NCBI RefSeq assembly: GCF_001194135.2
Contig: NC_068981.1
Span: 17,032,191-17,083,334, forward strand
DNA: 51,144 nucleotides
Direction of reading: 5' to 3'
Source: Octopus bimaculoides
Lineage: Eukaryota
The notes under the pieces are model-generated. The model was not told the origin of the DNA. It worked only from the letters and a program-made list of their open reading frames with translations, and did no database searches. Within the stretch, counting starts at the first letter, position 1, and every line of letters starts with the position of its first letter. This document shows, in pieces, positions 38,371 through 50,358 of the stretch. The position numbers and the translations under genes are program-made.

Positions 38371-39667
38371 GCATTTCTCAATGCCAACCCATCCTTCCCG
38401 TCCACACACTCGTTGTTTCCTTCCTGCTTGCTTGCTTGAGTCTTTACGTCTTCATAATAAAAAAAAAAAAACAGGAGGAAATCAGTAATGCAGAAATAAA
38501 CTTCCCACTGAAATATGGAGGAAAGATAGAAAAAAATATAATTGATATGGAGAAGAAGAAAAAATATAAGATAAAGGAAATAGTTATTTTAACGATACAC
38601 ATTTTTCTTAAATACACTCCTTGTTGTTTGACATTGTTTNNNNNNNNNNNNNNNNNNNNNNNNNNNNNNNNNNNNNNNNNNNNNNNNNNNNNNNNNNNNN
38701 NNNNNNNNNNNNNNNNNNNNNNNNNNNNNNNNNNNNNNNNNNNNNNNNNNNNNNNNNNNNNNNNNNNNNNNNNNNNNNNNNNNNNNNNNNNNNNNNNNNN
38801 NNNNNNNNNNNNNNNNNNNNNNNNNNNNNNNNNNNNNNNNNNNNNNNNNNNNNNNNNNNNNNNNNNNNNNTTCTAAATTTGTCTTTTCTGTTTTTTGCTA
38901 ATTTTGACCTCTCCCATTAAGGTTCCTCGCTTATTGGTTAAATCGACTGTTTAGCTTGTGAGATCATTTAATCTCTCATTAAGCCTATTACCACGGTAAT
39001 ACACGGCAATCTAGCACCTCCCACCTTCACTCTTACAGAGAATTGGAGCATATCTCTTAATAGGAGTGAACTTATTCCTTGGCATACTACATAAACACAC
39101 GCACGTACATATTCATATATATACATACATACATACATACATACATACATACATACAATATTATATTGTATATTTTTACACTACAAACCATCACGATATC
39201 TAGAATTATAAACATTTGTAAAACCTCAAGATTTAAAGGATGTTGAACAACACGAGATGCTACCAAGCAGGTGGCCGGTCAAAGTTTATTCTAAATTAAA
39301 GAGAGAATGAGAAGAACATACATACGTACATACATCCAGGCATACATATATGCATGCATATACATACATATGTACATGCATGCATGCATACAAATATATT
39401 ATATTATATTGCATTATATCATAACATATATTATAGCATGGTATATGATGTTATATAACATCATATTACAATATATTATATACACACCCATACGCAAAGA
39501 CTTACATATATACACCGTCACAAAACACGGAGATACATTTGGATTCATGATCGAGGAAACCTTCTATTTTTGGTCATTTGACTTGGATGAAGAAGCAGCT
39601 AAATGGCCGCCAACATTTCACATCCTGCTATTTTATTAAAGAAAAGAAAACATTTTATAATCTACAG

Positions 39668-40138
39668 CAGTGTTTCTCGACCTTTTTTTTTTTTTTACAT
39701 ATGGACCCCTTTTACCCTTTTATTCTTATTTTACTCGGATGGACCCTCTTCACCATTCGATGTTTAAAAAATCCGATTACATTTTTATAATTGGATATCA
39801 TTAAGAAGGCAGCGAGCTGGTAGAATCGTTAGCTCGCCGGGCGAAATGCTTAGTGGTGTTTCGTCTGTCTTCACGTTCTAAGTTCAAATACCGCTGGGGT
39901 CGACATTGCCTTTGCCTTTCATCCTTTCGGATGTAATCGACTAGTCCCTTCCCCCAAAAATTTCAAACCTTGCGACTATAATAGAAAGGATAATTAAATA
40001 TCATGAGGAACTGTATTTAAAAATGTTACAATATTTTGTGTATTATTGAAGTATAACCAATATACGGCAGATATATTTTAATACCGAAATCTCATCTGGG
40101 TCTCCAGGGGTCATGTAGACCCCGGTTGAGAGTTACTG
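39668..40138. mobile_element. hAT-Charlie-type MITE
   Basis: TIRs CAGTGTTTCTCGACC / GGTTGAGAGTTACTG; 8-bp TSD ATCTACAG / ATCTACAA fits the NTCTAGAN preference; subterminal ggggtc..gacccc. Confidence 0.8.
39806..39992 (+). mobile_element. SINE family D (tail type 1) nested in the Charlie MITE
   Basis: ggcagcgagctggtagaatcg...cccccaaaaatttcaaaccttgcgactataatagaaaggata; atatcat on both sides. Confidence 0.88.
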
Positions 40139-40619
40139 ATCTACAACTTGAAAATCTAGAATGCCTTTCATTATTGGCCTGCTCAATCAATGCTGAATAG
40201 GAACTAAGCTGCAGCAATGGACCAAGTAGAAATAACAGTCACACCTCACGCGTACCAGAGCCTGCTGTATTTAAAAATAGAAAGGTAGACTGGATAATGT
40301 ACTCTTACATACACAGTGTAGTGTCACAGTCTTTGATCATATTTATACGTGCGCAAACTCATGCCAGTATACACAGAGCACTCATATATTCAGCGTTACA
40401 TATACACCTGACGTCGTTTTAGACCTCGTAGACGAGACGAGATGATATACTAAAACGTACCTTAAATACAACAGCCATTATCTCCATATGCTTCAACACA
40501 TAGCATAGTTATAATTACATTTTCCTGACGGGACACGTGTCTTAGGATACAAAACAGAAGCATCCATAACTAAGAAAAATTGTTTTTAATTTCACCCAGG
40601 CGGCTCGGATTCAATTCCC

Positions 40620-40770
40620 TGGCTGTGTGGTAAGACGGTTGCTTTATTCCAGCCATATGGTTCCAGGTTCAGTGACACCTTCGGCAAGTGTCTTCTGCTA
40701 TAGCCACGGGCAGACCAAAGCCTTCTGAGTGGATTTGGTAAACGGAAAAGGAAAGACGCACGTCGTATGA
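40620..40770 (+). mobile_element. SINE family A 5' half (old)
   Basis: tggctgtgtggtaag...caccttcggcaagtgtcttctgctatagcc...gagtggatttggtaaacggaaa. Confidence 0.8.
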
Positions 40771-41359
40771 GCTGGAGGTGCCTTTATTCTTGTGTTTAGC
40801 TTCCAATCACTGAAACAAGACGTAGACAAAAGAGAGAAGATATGTATAAATGTATATATAGTAGTTCTTTTGCGTAGAGTCAGAGGACGACTGCTGTAAG
40901 CATTTGCTCAGTGTTAATGTAAGAAATTGTTCCTCTGAAGAACCCTTGTGGATCTGCATCTAAATATACTATGAACACCCACTGCAGTGGATGCAAACAG
41001 ATACAATGGCGTGTATGCGTGTGTGTACAAACGATTTTTGTTCTGTTTATAATTGGAAACATGTCTTTGCTGCTCGTGTCTCATACTTTTTATTTCTGTT
41101 TTCATATTTTTTCATTAGTTCTTTATATTTCGTTTGGAGAATTCTTATGTTTTTTACACATAGAACAATGCTTCTTTCATTCTGTAGGTTTCTTTCAGAA
41201 GTTCGTCAGTTGTGGAGGAGAAAATCTACACGTTCTTCTGAGTAGGGATTTCACAACTGTTATTGTAAGCCTTTATATACATTCGCTATTTTCATGCATC
41301 TATAGAAATTCATTAGTTATTTAAATATACAGATATGTGTTTAAATTCTTATTCTTATG

Positions 41360-41885
41360 TTTTAACTCGTCAATAGCGGTTTTACAAACAAATAAACCAG
41401 GCTTAAAGAAAACAATACAAAAGCAATTTCAACCCAACAGATACAACAGACGTAACGCATAACAGAAAAAAAATAATCATATCATATCGAACGTGTACCA
41501 AACGCACTTCAGCTGTAGCATAGATGAACACGTTATCAACAAATAGTTGAAACAAAGCATAACATGTAGTACATCTAATCATAAAGTTACAGTAATAAAA
41601 TATTACAAGGAAACTAAAATAATAAATCATCTCATCAACAACAAACTACAAGCCTCCAAGCCGCTGAGCAAAACATCAAATGACTAATGTAATTTACAAC
41701 TTTGCATGCAAACATAAAAAGTTGTAAACTCACGACTGTCGGCAGCTGACCATGTATATACAAGAAGATGCCGTTACAGAACATTAATATTAGGCAACAC
41801 AAAACAAAAGTAGAACTAGTCAGAAAAGCGTTAGTTGATGTTGATAACAGATCTATCACTGAAAAAAATCTACGAGATTAATCGA
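41360..41885 (+). pseudogene. Penelope-like retroelement relic (RT C-terminus, linker, GIY-YIG endonuclease start)
   Basis: Reads LVNSGFTNK...YQTHFSCSIDEHVINK*LKQSITCSTSNHKVTVIKYYKETKIINHLINN...(fs)TNVIYNFACKH...LTMYIQEDAVTEH, resembling PLE LVNNGF.N / DERVL / LIIYYK / NVIY.F.C / LTMH...GAI.EH. Confidence 0.55.
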
Positions 41886-42090
41886 GGAAGATAGCAAAAT
41901 GCAGTGAAAATGAAATAAATTTTAACATTGAGATATCGCCTATGTAACAAACTATTGGTTGAAAGTAGCGTGGTTTTAACCGTCCAATTGACTTCTATTT
42001 AGTAACATAATGGACACGAGATCAATCCTATGGTTTTTTGGGGGGTTTTCTCGTACAAAAAAATAGCGGAAACCATCACAATTAACAAAT

Positions 42091-42523
42091 CTCCTTTTCT
42101 ACTCTAGGCAACAGGCCCGAAATTTTTGGAGAGGAGACCAGTCGATTAAATCGATCCCAGTACACAACTGGTACTTAATTTATCGACCCCAGAAGGATGA
42201 AAGACAAAGTGGCCTCGGCGGAATTTGAACTCAGAACATAAAGACAGACGAAATACCGCTAAGCATTTCGCCCGGCGTGCTAACGTTTCTTATTTCTTTA
42301 TTGCCCACAAGGGGCTAAACATAGAGGGAACAGACAAGGACAGACGAACGGATTAAGTCGATTACATCGACCCCAGTGCGTAACTGGTACTTAATTTATC
42401 GACCCCGAAAGGATGAAAGGCAAAGTCGACCTCGGCGGCATTTGAACTCAAAACGTAGCGGCAGACGAAATACCGCTAAGCATTTCGCCCGGCGTGCTAA
42501 CGATTCTGCCAGCTCGCCGCCTT
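42091..42523 (-). mobile_element. Head-to-tail dimer of SINE family D with two different tails
   Basis: Units at 42091-42290 (tail type 1, head missing its first ~14 nt) and 42291-42523 (tail type 2); 13-bp TSD ACAA(T/C)TAACAAAT at 42078-42090 and 42524-42536. Confidence 0.92.
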
Positions 42524-42619
42524 ACAACTAACAAATGTCGTTTGCTCAAAACTGACCCGGGACTACACAGCGAAACAGCAAAATCAAACTAGAGAAATAT
42601 CCATCAAGAGATTCTAAAT

Positions 42620-43750
42620 ATGGTCGCTCGACCTGCTAAAATTAGCTACCAAGTTACCTTCAAAATAATGGACACTCGTCTTTACAAAAAGAAAACGTTA
42701 AGTAGAATATGATGTCTGGGATATCTCAAAACTGACAGGATGGTCACAACTGGGATGAATTTCTTTATTCATTAATAGTAAGTCTACTCGATCAGAGCTG
42801 AAGTAGGACGAAACAGATTTATTTAGCAAGGGACACAACTATGATCGGTCTGCTAAAAATGACAGCCCAAATTACTCAAATCACATCTTGGATTAGTAGT
42901 GCCCATGCCAACAAATAGCAGCCCCCACATCGCTCCACAAATTCCTTAGTAAATATTTTACTGCCTCACTTCTCTGTTATTTGAGATGAATAAATTACAT
43001 TTCCATTCAAATCGGGTCTTCTTTCGCTATGGGGCTCAGAAAGTTTAAAAAGCTTAAAACGATGTTAATTTGATTAAACATGGTAGCTTGTGAATTTTTA
43101 TCAATGAGCTTGACCAAGGAGCTTGACCGCTAAAAGTAATACTTCCTTAGGTGGACTTCCGTACTACTAAAAATGGCAACTAAATCTACACGCCTAAAAT
43201 CATACCCTACCATCTTAAGATAGGAAGGACACATTGGATAATATAACTACTTTGTTGTTGGCACTCCGTCGCTTACGACGTCGAGGGTTCCAGTTGATAC
43301 GATCAACGGAACAGCCTGCTCGTGAAATTAACGTGCAAGTGGCTGAGCACTCCACACACACGTGTACCCTTAACGTAGTTCTTGGGGATATTCAGCGTGA
43401 CACAGTGTGACAAGGCTGACCCTTTGAATTACAGGCACAACAGAAACAGGAAGAAAGAGTGAGAGAAAGATGTGGTGAAAGAGTACAGCAAGGTTCACCA
43501 CCATCCCCTGCCGGAGCCTCCTGGAGCTTTAGGTGTTTTCGCTCAATAAACACTCACAACGCCCGGTCTGGGAATCGAAACCGCGATCCTATGACCGCGA
43601 GTCCGCTGCCCTAACCACTGGGCCATTGCGCCTCCACAATATAACCATTATACCTAGAAGAAAGACAAGATAGTCATGGCTGGAATGCTTTTGATGAAAG
43701 GTCTACACACACAAAGCTGATTCGAGGCTAAATCATAACGACAACAATAG
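42620..43750 (+). mobile_element. Cluster of family F units, the last interrupted by a family B SINE
   Basis: gacctgctaaaattagc / ggtctgctaaaaatgacagc / actactaaaaatggcaactaaatc...aaggacacattggataat...gtcatggctggaatgc...ctaaatcataacgacaac. Confidence 0.65.
43251..43637 (-). mobile_element. SINE family B, long-tail subtype, full length
   Basis: (CAA)-type tail; TSD AATATAAC at 43240-43247 and 43638-43645. Confidence 0.93.
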
Positions 43751-43959
43751 CAATTTCACCAACAACGACAACAACTTCAGATGCGAGATAAAATTGGAAT
43801 GGTCTAGGCACGTGAAACAGCATCAGAAGTTTAGTTTCCCAATCACGACACCAAATACTAATAGGAATATAAGAAAATTCCTCATTAAAAGTTATAAACG
43901 TTGAGCGGAATCATGTCTTTAATTCTGACAGACGCGCTCGCGCACGCACACACATTTAC

Positions 43960-43992
<33 letters not shown>

Positions 43993-44850
43993 CAAGTATA
44001 CTTATATATTTACATATATACTTATATATATATATATATANNNNNNNNNNNNNNNNNNNNNNNNNNNNNNNNNNNNNNNNNNNNNNNNNNNNNNNNNNNN
44101 NNNNNNNNNNNNNNNNNNNNNNNNNNNNNNNNNNNNNNNNNNNNNNNNNNNNNNNNNNNNNNNNNNNNNNNNNNNNNNNNNNNNNNNNNNNNNNNNNNNN
44201 NNNNNNNNNNNNNNNNNNNNNNNNNNNNNNNNNNNNNNNNNNNNNNNNNNNNNNNNNNNNNNNNNNNNNNNNNNNNNNNNNNNNNNNNNNNNNNNNNNNN
44301 NNNNNNNNNNNNNNNNNNNNNNNNNNNNNNNNNNNNNNNNNNNNNNNNNNNNNNNNNNNNNNNNNNNNNNNNNNNNNNNNNNNNNNNNNNNNNNNNNNNN
44401 NNNNNNNNNNNNNNNNNNNNNNNNNNNNNNNNNNNNNNNNNNNNNNNNNNNNNNNNNNNNNNNNNNNNNNNNNNNNNNNNNNNNNNNNNNNNNNNNNNNN
44501 NNNNNNNNNNNNNNNNNNNNNNNNNNNNNNNNNNNNNNNNNNNNNNNNNNNNNNNNNNNNNNNNNNNNNNNNNNNNNNNNNNNNNNNNNNNNNNNNNNNN
44601 NNNNNNNNNNNNNNNNNNNNNNNNNNNNNNNNNNNNNNNNNNNNNNNNNNNNNNNNNNNNNNNNNNNNNNNNNNNNNNNNNNNNNNNNNNNNNNNNNNNN
44701 NNNNNNNNNNNNNNNNNNNNNNNNNNNNNNNNNNNNNNNNNNNNNNNNNNNNNNNNNNNNNNNNNNNNNNNNNNNNNNNNNNNNNNNNNNNNNNNNNNNN
44801 NNNNNNNNNNNNNNNNNNNNNNNNNNNNNNNNNNNNNNNNNNNNNNNNNN

Positions 44851-44915
<65 letters not shown>

Positions 44916-46293
44916 ATCTGTATGATGCGTATATTCGGAGACAAGTAGACAGTATTAGAAATTATCTGCAGCAGCTGTAAATTTCTTCATTAGAAAAATG
45001 TTTTGATATTTGTTCATCTCTTTCAGCCACATATTTGTTTTATGTATCATTTTTCATACTTTTCTTGCGTTTTTGTACGTTTCTTACTTTCTATATTTCC
45101 CTTGTGATTTTCCAGATGACACAGACTTACCAAATATGGTAAAATTATAGAACTGATGTTACAAGAAATTAAACAAACATATATTTCTATAGTAATGTCT
45201 AAAAAAGACATAATTAAATATAACAACGAACAATCCGATATAACAGTTCTAAGTAGTGTGACCTTTAGATATTATTGATGAAACTAGGGATTTGAAATTA
45301 TTAGAATTGTGGTGTTTTGTCATTCGAGCATTTCTCATTAATAATGACTGTTTGATAAAAATTTCAACCGAGAATTGAAACCGAGTTCAACTAGCAAACA
45401 CAGCTACAATAAAACACATAGTCTGTCTTTCATAGAATTCACCTTTGGATTTGTAGGGAGCGTAAAGTGGTATTTATAGATCCCATAAATTTATAATACA
45501 TTTTTGACATTATTTAGAATAAACAGTAATAACTTTCTCAGACTCTGTATCAGGCTAATGACATTAATGCAACTGATGAAAGTTACGTGAATGGAAAGTA
45601 GAACGTGTGTGATAGTTACTTGGAATTCATTATACATAAAAAAAAAAACTGTTGCGTCTCTTTAATCACAACAACTTCCCTAAGGTTTTCTTTTTTATTC
45701 GTTGCTCAATTTCCAAGTTCCACATCATGTCACAACGTTGTAGAAGGGAAAATTTAAATTGTATGACGATTATCAGTTTCTTAGAAACATTAAGAGATAA
45801 AATGGGATGGATTTTGTGGTTCCAACTTAGAATCAGAAATATGCTCGCTGACTAGATGCACTATTAATTGGCTTCATGTTCTATATTGTTCGCTACGTTG
45901 AAATCAAGTATCACTATCATTTTTAATTTTATTTTATATTGAATTTCCTGAACAATTTCATCGTTTGTTATAGGGTGTCCAACAACGCAATAATCATTTG
46001 GCTCACTGCATTTGTGACGTAAAGACCCGTTTGTTGACACAAAATACATAAATGTGTACACACACACACACACACACAGTGCGTACACATATACGATATC
46101 TGATATTCAGAACAGAAGTCGGTCGATATCATCGGTTCCAGCACTTGACTATTAATATATTATTTCGAACCCAGTACTTAACTGGTACTTCGGTCTTTGA
46201 CTCCGATAGGAAAGATAATGAAGATCACCTCGGTTTGGGTTGGAATCAGAACGTTAAGAGTCAAAATAAATACTAGAGTTCACTTTTTTCTGA

Positions 46294-46350
<57 letters not shown>

Positions 46351-47789
46351 NNNNNNNNNNNNNNNNNNNNNNNNNNNNNNNNNNNNNNNNNNNNNNNNNN
46401 NNNNNNNNNNNNNNNNNNNNNNNNNNNNNNNNNNNNNNNNNNNNNNNNNNNNNNNNNNNNNNNNNNNNNNNNNNNNNNNNNNNNNNNNNNNNNNNNNNNN
46501 NNNNNNNNNNNNNNNNNNNNNNNNNNNNNNNNNNNNNNNNNNNNNNNNNNNNNNNNNNNNNNNNNNNNNNNNNNNNNNNNNNNNNNNNNNNNNNNNNNNN
46601 NNNNNNNNNNNNNNNNNNNNNNNNNNNNNNNNNNNNNNNNNNNNNNNNNNNNNNNNNNNNNNNNNNNNNNNNNNNNNNNNNNNNNNNNNNNNNNNNNNNN
46701 NNNNNNNNNNNNNNNNNNNNNNNNNNNNNNNNNNNNNNNNNNNNNNNNNNNNNNNNNNNNNNNNNNNNNNNNNNNNNNNNNNNNNNNNNNNNNNNNNNNN
46801 NNNNNNNNNNNNNNNNNNNNNNNNNNNNNNNNNNNNNNNNNNNNNNNNNNNNNNNNNNNNNNNNNNNNNNNNNNNNNNNNNNNNNNNNNNNNNNNNNNNN
46901 NNNNNNNNNNNNNNNNNNNNNNNNNNNNNNNNNNNNNNNNNNNNNNNNNNNNNNNNNNNNNNNNNNNNNNNNNNNNNNNNNNNNNNNNNNNNNNNNNNNN
47001 NNNNNNNNNNNNNNNNNNNNNNNNNNNNNNNNNNNNNNNNNNNNNNNNNNNNNNNNNNNNNNNNNNNNNNNNNNNNNNNNNNNNNATGTATGTATGTATG
47101 TATGTATGTATGTATGTATGCATGGCCCTATTGAAGTTATCTCTGTCCGATGGCAGTTAAAAGAGTTTCCTGTTTTTGTTGACTAATATATTTCTAATTT
47201 ATGCAATGAATAATACTTCAAAGCTGCTGACAATCATCAGTTGGTCCAGAAATGTTGATTCACTTAAAATTGCTACATCCAAACCATCCAAAATCTAATT
47301 CCTAAAGCGCTTCATAAAAATGCACAAAATCTAAAGCCAGCATAAAATATCAAAAATACTATTTTACTCTCAGAATTTTTTCTGGGGAAACAATTTCTTT
47401 TTTTTTTTTTTCTTTTTCCCCAAACCTGTATTATTCATTTACATAATTACTCTAAATAAATTAGTTTTCTAATCAGCAACTTTTTTTCTGATGTCCACTG
47501 ATGTGCCTGCTGGTATAAATATTCTTAATTTTTCTCTCTGCAGTAGTAAAAAGAACAGATACCCGGAAGATGCCACATTGCTAATCGAGGCACATCCTTG
47601 CAAAGATGTGCCTCTGCTCAGAATTGTGGCTACCTAAACGCAAAAACTGTGGTTACAACATGAAACATACCAATATATATATATTTTTGCATACTTATAT
47701 ATGTTTAATGTATGTATAGAGATACATAGCTAGCTAGATAGATAGCTAGCTAGCTAGCTAGATAGATAGATAGATAGATAGATATTCCT

Positions 47790-48157
47790 TATCTTTTTTT
47801 ACTTATTGCATCATTGAACTGCGGTCATGCTGCAGTACCATCTTAAAAGGTTTTATTCGAACAAATCATTACTTAGTCATTACTTAGTTTTTGACATCAG
47901 GACTTATTCTATCAAATGTCTTTTGCCGAACCACTAAGTTACGAAGACGTAAACAAACCAACAACAGATGTCAAACGATAACGATTGACAAACACGGACA
48001 CAAAACACACACACATAAAATATGCAGCACAGGCTTTCACACAGTTTCCGTCTACCAAATTCACTCAATGGTTGGCCTGGGACTATAGTAGAAGAGACTT
48101 ACACAAGATGCTGCGTAGTGGGGATGAACCCGAAACCTGGTGGTTACAAAGCAACGA
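47790..48157 (-). mobile_element. SINE family A, old diverged copy
   Basis: ttttgccgaaccactaagttac...cagtttccgtctaccaaattcactca...actatagtagaagagactt. Confidence 0.82.
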
Positions 48158-49048
48158 TCAATTTGGTGATGAAGTAGGAGTGATTTTCCAAAAGTGTCAT
48201 GATCGAATCTTGAAACACGTCGCTGAAAAACGAAATTCTTAACTACGTAGTCATGTGCTCGAATAAGAACCGAAACCGGGATCGATCTCTCAACCGGCAT
48301 ATAGGTTATACTCAAGGTTTTAATCAAATATTTAAATTTGGTTCCAGCAGAAAGGAGCCAACAAGAGTTTTCAATTTTAAAACCATTAATTTTCAGAGAA
48401 AGAGAAAATATTAAAAAAAAGAAGAAAAAATATTATTAACAAGAAGAAATAAAGACAACAAAATTAACTTTCTATTTTTTCATATTAAATTCATGCAGAG
48501 TCTTACCGGATCTTGTATGGTCTGACAATTAATAAATTTTTAAAATTATTTTTTTTATATTATATTATTTTCTTTCATTAGTGGAATTGTTGTGTTTGTT
48601 GTTTTGTTAATATTAAAATATGCTCGATTGAAAGTATTTTTAAAATAAAAATGATACAACGAAAAAAAAACATAAATAAATAATAAAGAGAAATGAATAT
48701 AAAAATCGCGATCAATCTTTATATTTCTGTTGTTGCTGTTGTTGCAGTTGTTGTTGTTGTTCTAGTTGTATTTTAATTATTTTGATGACATAAAACAGTT
48801 TTCGAAACCTGAAGAATTCTTCATCATATTCCATAACATCATAGTTTTGGTTTTAATTTCTCTTCTGACCAAAGAATCTTCTTCCTAGACAAATTCATCA
48901 TGGAGATTTTAATTTGATAATTTAATTTCTGCCTGATATAATTGGCTGAGATATCTAAATAGAGTAAGACGACCAGTAATAAACAGACATAGCTGTTCAT
49001 TGAAAGTAGTTAATGATGCATCTATACACTTATGTGCTGTATATATAT

Positions 49049-49117
<69 letters not shown>

Positions 49118-49159
49118 TGCACACACACATATATATATATATGTGTATATATATTCTTT

Positions 49160-49285
49160 TATTCTTTTACTTTTTTTCAGTGATTTGATTGCGGCCATGC
49201 TGGAGCACGCCTTTAGTCGAACAAATCGAACCCAGGATTTATTCTTTGTAAATCTAGTACTTATTCTATCCTTTTCTTTTGCCGT
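49160..49285 (-). mobile_element. SINE family A 3' fragment
   Basis: gcggccatgctggagcacgcctttagtcgaacaaatcgaacccagg. Confidence 0.85.
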
Positions 49286-49559
49286 CCTTCTTTCCAATTT
49301 TTTACTCACACACACATCCACAAACGCAAATTCATACATATACATACCTATATATAATTCCAGAAGGTTTCACACTATTTCAGGAGAGGTAGTTATAACT
49401 GTCCTGGATTAGTGTACTTTTTAGCATATTATTACTATACATCTAATAAACTGATGCACCAACTATTGTTATTCCGTATTGAAGGTGACGCCTGTAACAT
49501 CATTTTAAACACACTCTCCTACGCAATACTTGCTACAGCTTACTAGTTTGCAAAAAGCA

Positions 49560-50358
49560 GTCGGGATGAGAAAACAATTTGGAAACTCGCTAAGCGATAG
49601 TTTTGTTAAGCTCGGCAAAGACTCTACAGAAATGCTCTCGGTTGTTTATGCATTTGTTTTTTGCTAGCACAGGAGGCTAGGCAAAGCAAGTCCGCCAGGA
49701 AGATCATGATGACCACATTTTCCAACATCTAAATCTAGTGGGTTCCCTCTGGACAGACGGTCAGCAAAGAGTAATTGTGGAGGCTTTGATGGAATTTGAT
49801 GGAAAAGTTTATGTTGCAACAATGCACCTGAACCAGGACAATGCACCTGCATCAGGGCAATGCATCTGCACCAGTGAAATGTACCTGCACCTGTATCTGC
49901 ACCAGGACAATGCACCTGCACCAGGACAGTGCACCTGAACCAAGACAATGCACCTGCACTATGGAAATGCACCTGCACCAGGACAAGGTACTTGTACCAA
50001 GACAATGTGCATTCACCAGGACAATGCACCTTCACCAGAACAATGCACCTGCACCAGGATACTGCATCTGCACCAAGACAATTCACCTGCACCAAGGCAA
50101 TACATCTGTTACCAGGACAATGCACCAGCACCTGACCAAGACAATGCACCAGTCGCCTGAAGGAGATGACTGAGTCTGTGACAAGAGACCTGAACACCTT
50201 CTCATTCGAGAACTTCCAGGAGGTTATCATGAAGTCCCAGGAGAGCTACAAATGCATTGAAGTCAGAGGATCCTATTTTGAAGAAAATTAAAGTATTGTA
50301 CGTGATTGAAATTAATAATTGTCTCTGAAAATTTCCAAGTTTTCTCGAATGCACCTCG
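49560..50358 (+). mobile_element. Internally deleted, decayed mariner transposon (vertumnana-like subfamily) carrying an internal minisatellite
   Basis: Reads FVKLGKDSTEML // EARQSKSARKIMMTTF..WVPSGQTVSKE // HLNQDNAPA (amplified) // ESVTRDLNTFSFENFQEVIMKSQESYKCIEVRGSYFEEN*; probable right TIR ttttctcgaatgcacctcg. Confidence 0.85.
49820..50152 (+). repeat. 19-bp minisatellite, consensus CAATGCACCTGCACCAGGA, about 17 units
   Basis: Units are directly countable; the reading frame shifts with each unit, as seen in the ORF track (HQDNAPA / APAPGQ / CTCTRT). Confidence 0.95.

Noticed and set aside
1077-47186. Long ORFs in the supplied track (194-359 aa) rich in X, YI, CV, HT or SL repeats
   Set aside because: They are translations of N-gaps and di- or tetranucleotide microsatellites, not genes
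49820-50152. CRISPR-like interpretation of the 19-bp array
   Set aside because: Units are contiguous with no unique spacers, the context is eukaryotic, and no cas genes are present
49664-50230. 188-aa minus-strand ORF and overlapping His/Cys-rich plus-strand ORFs
   Set aside because: By-products of the stop-poor minisatellite
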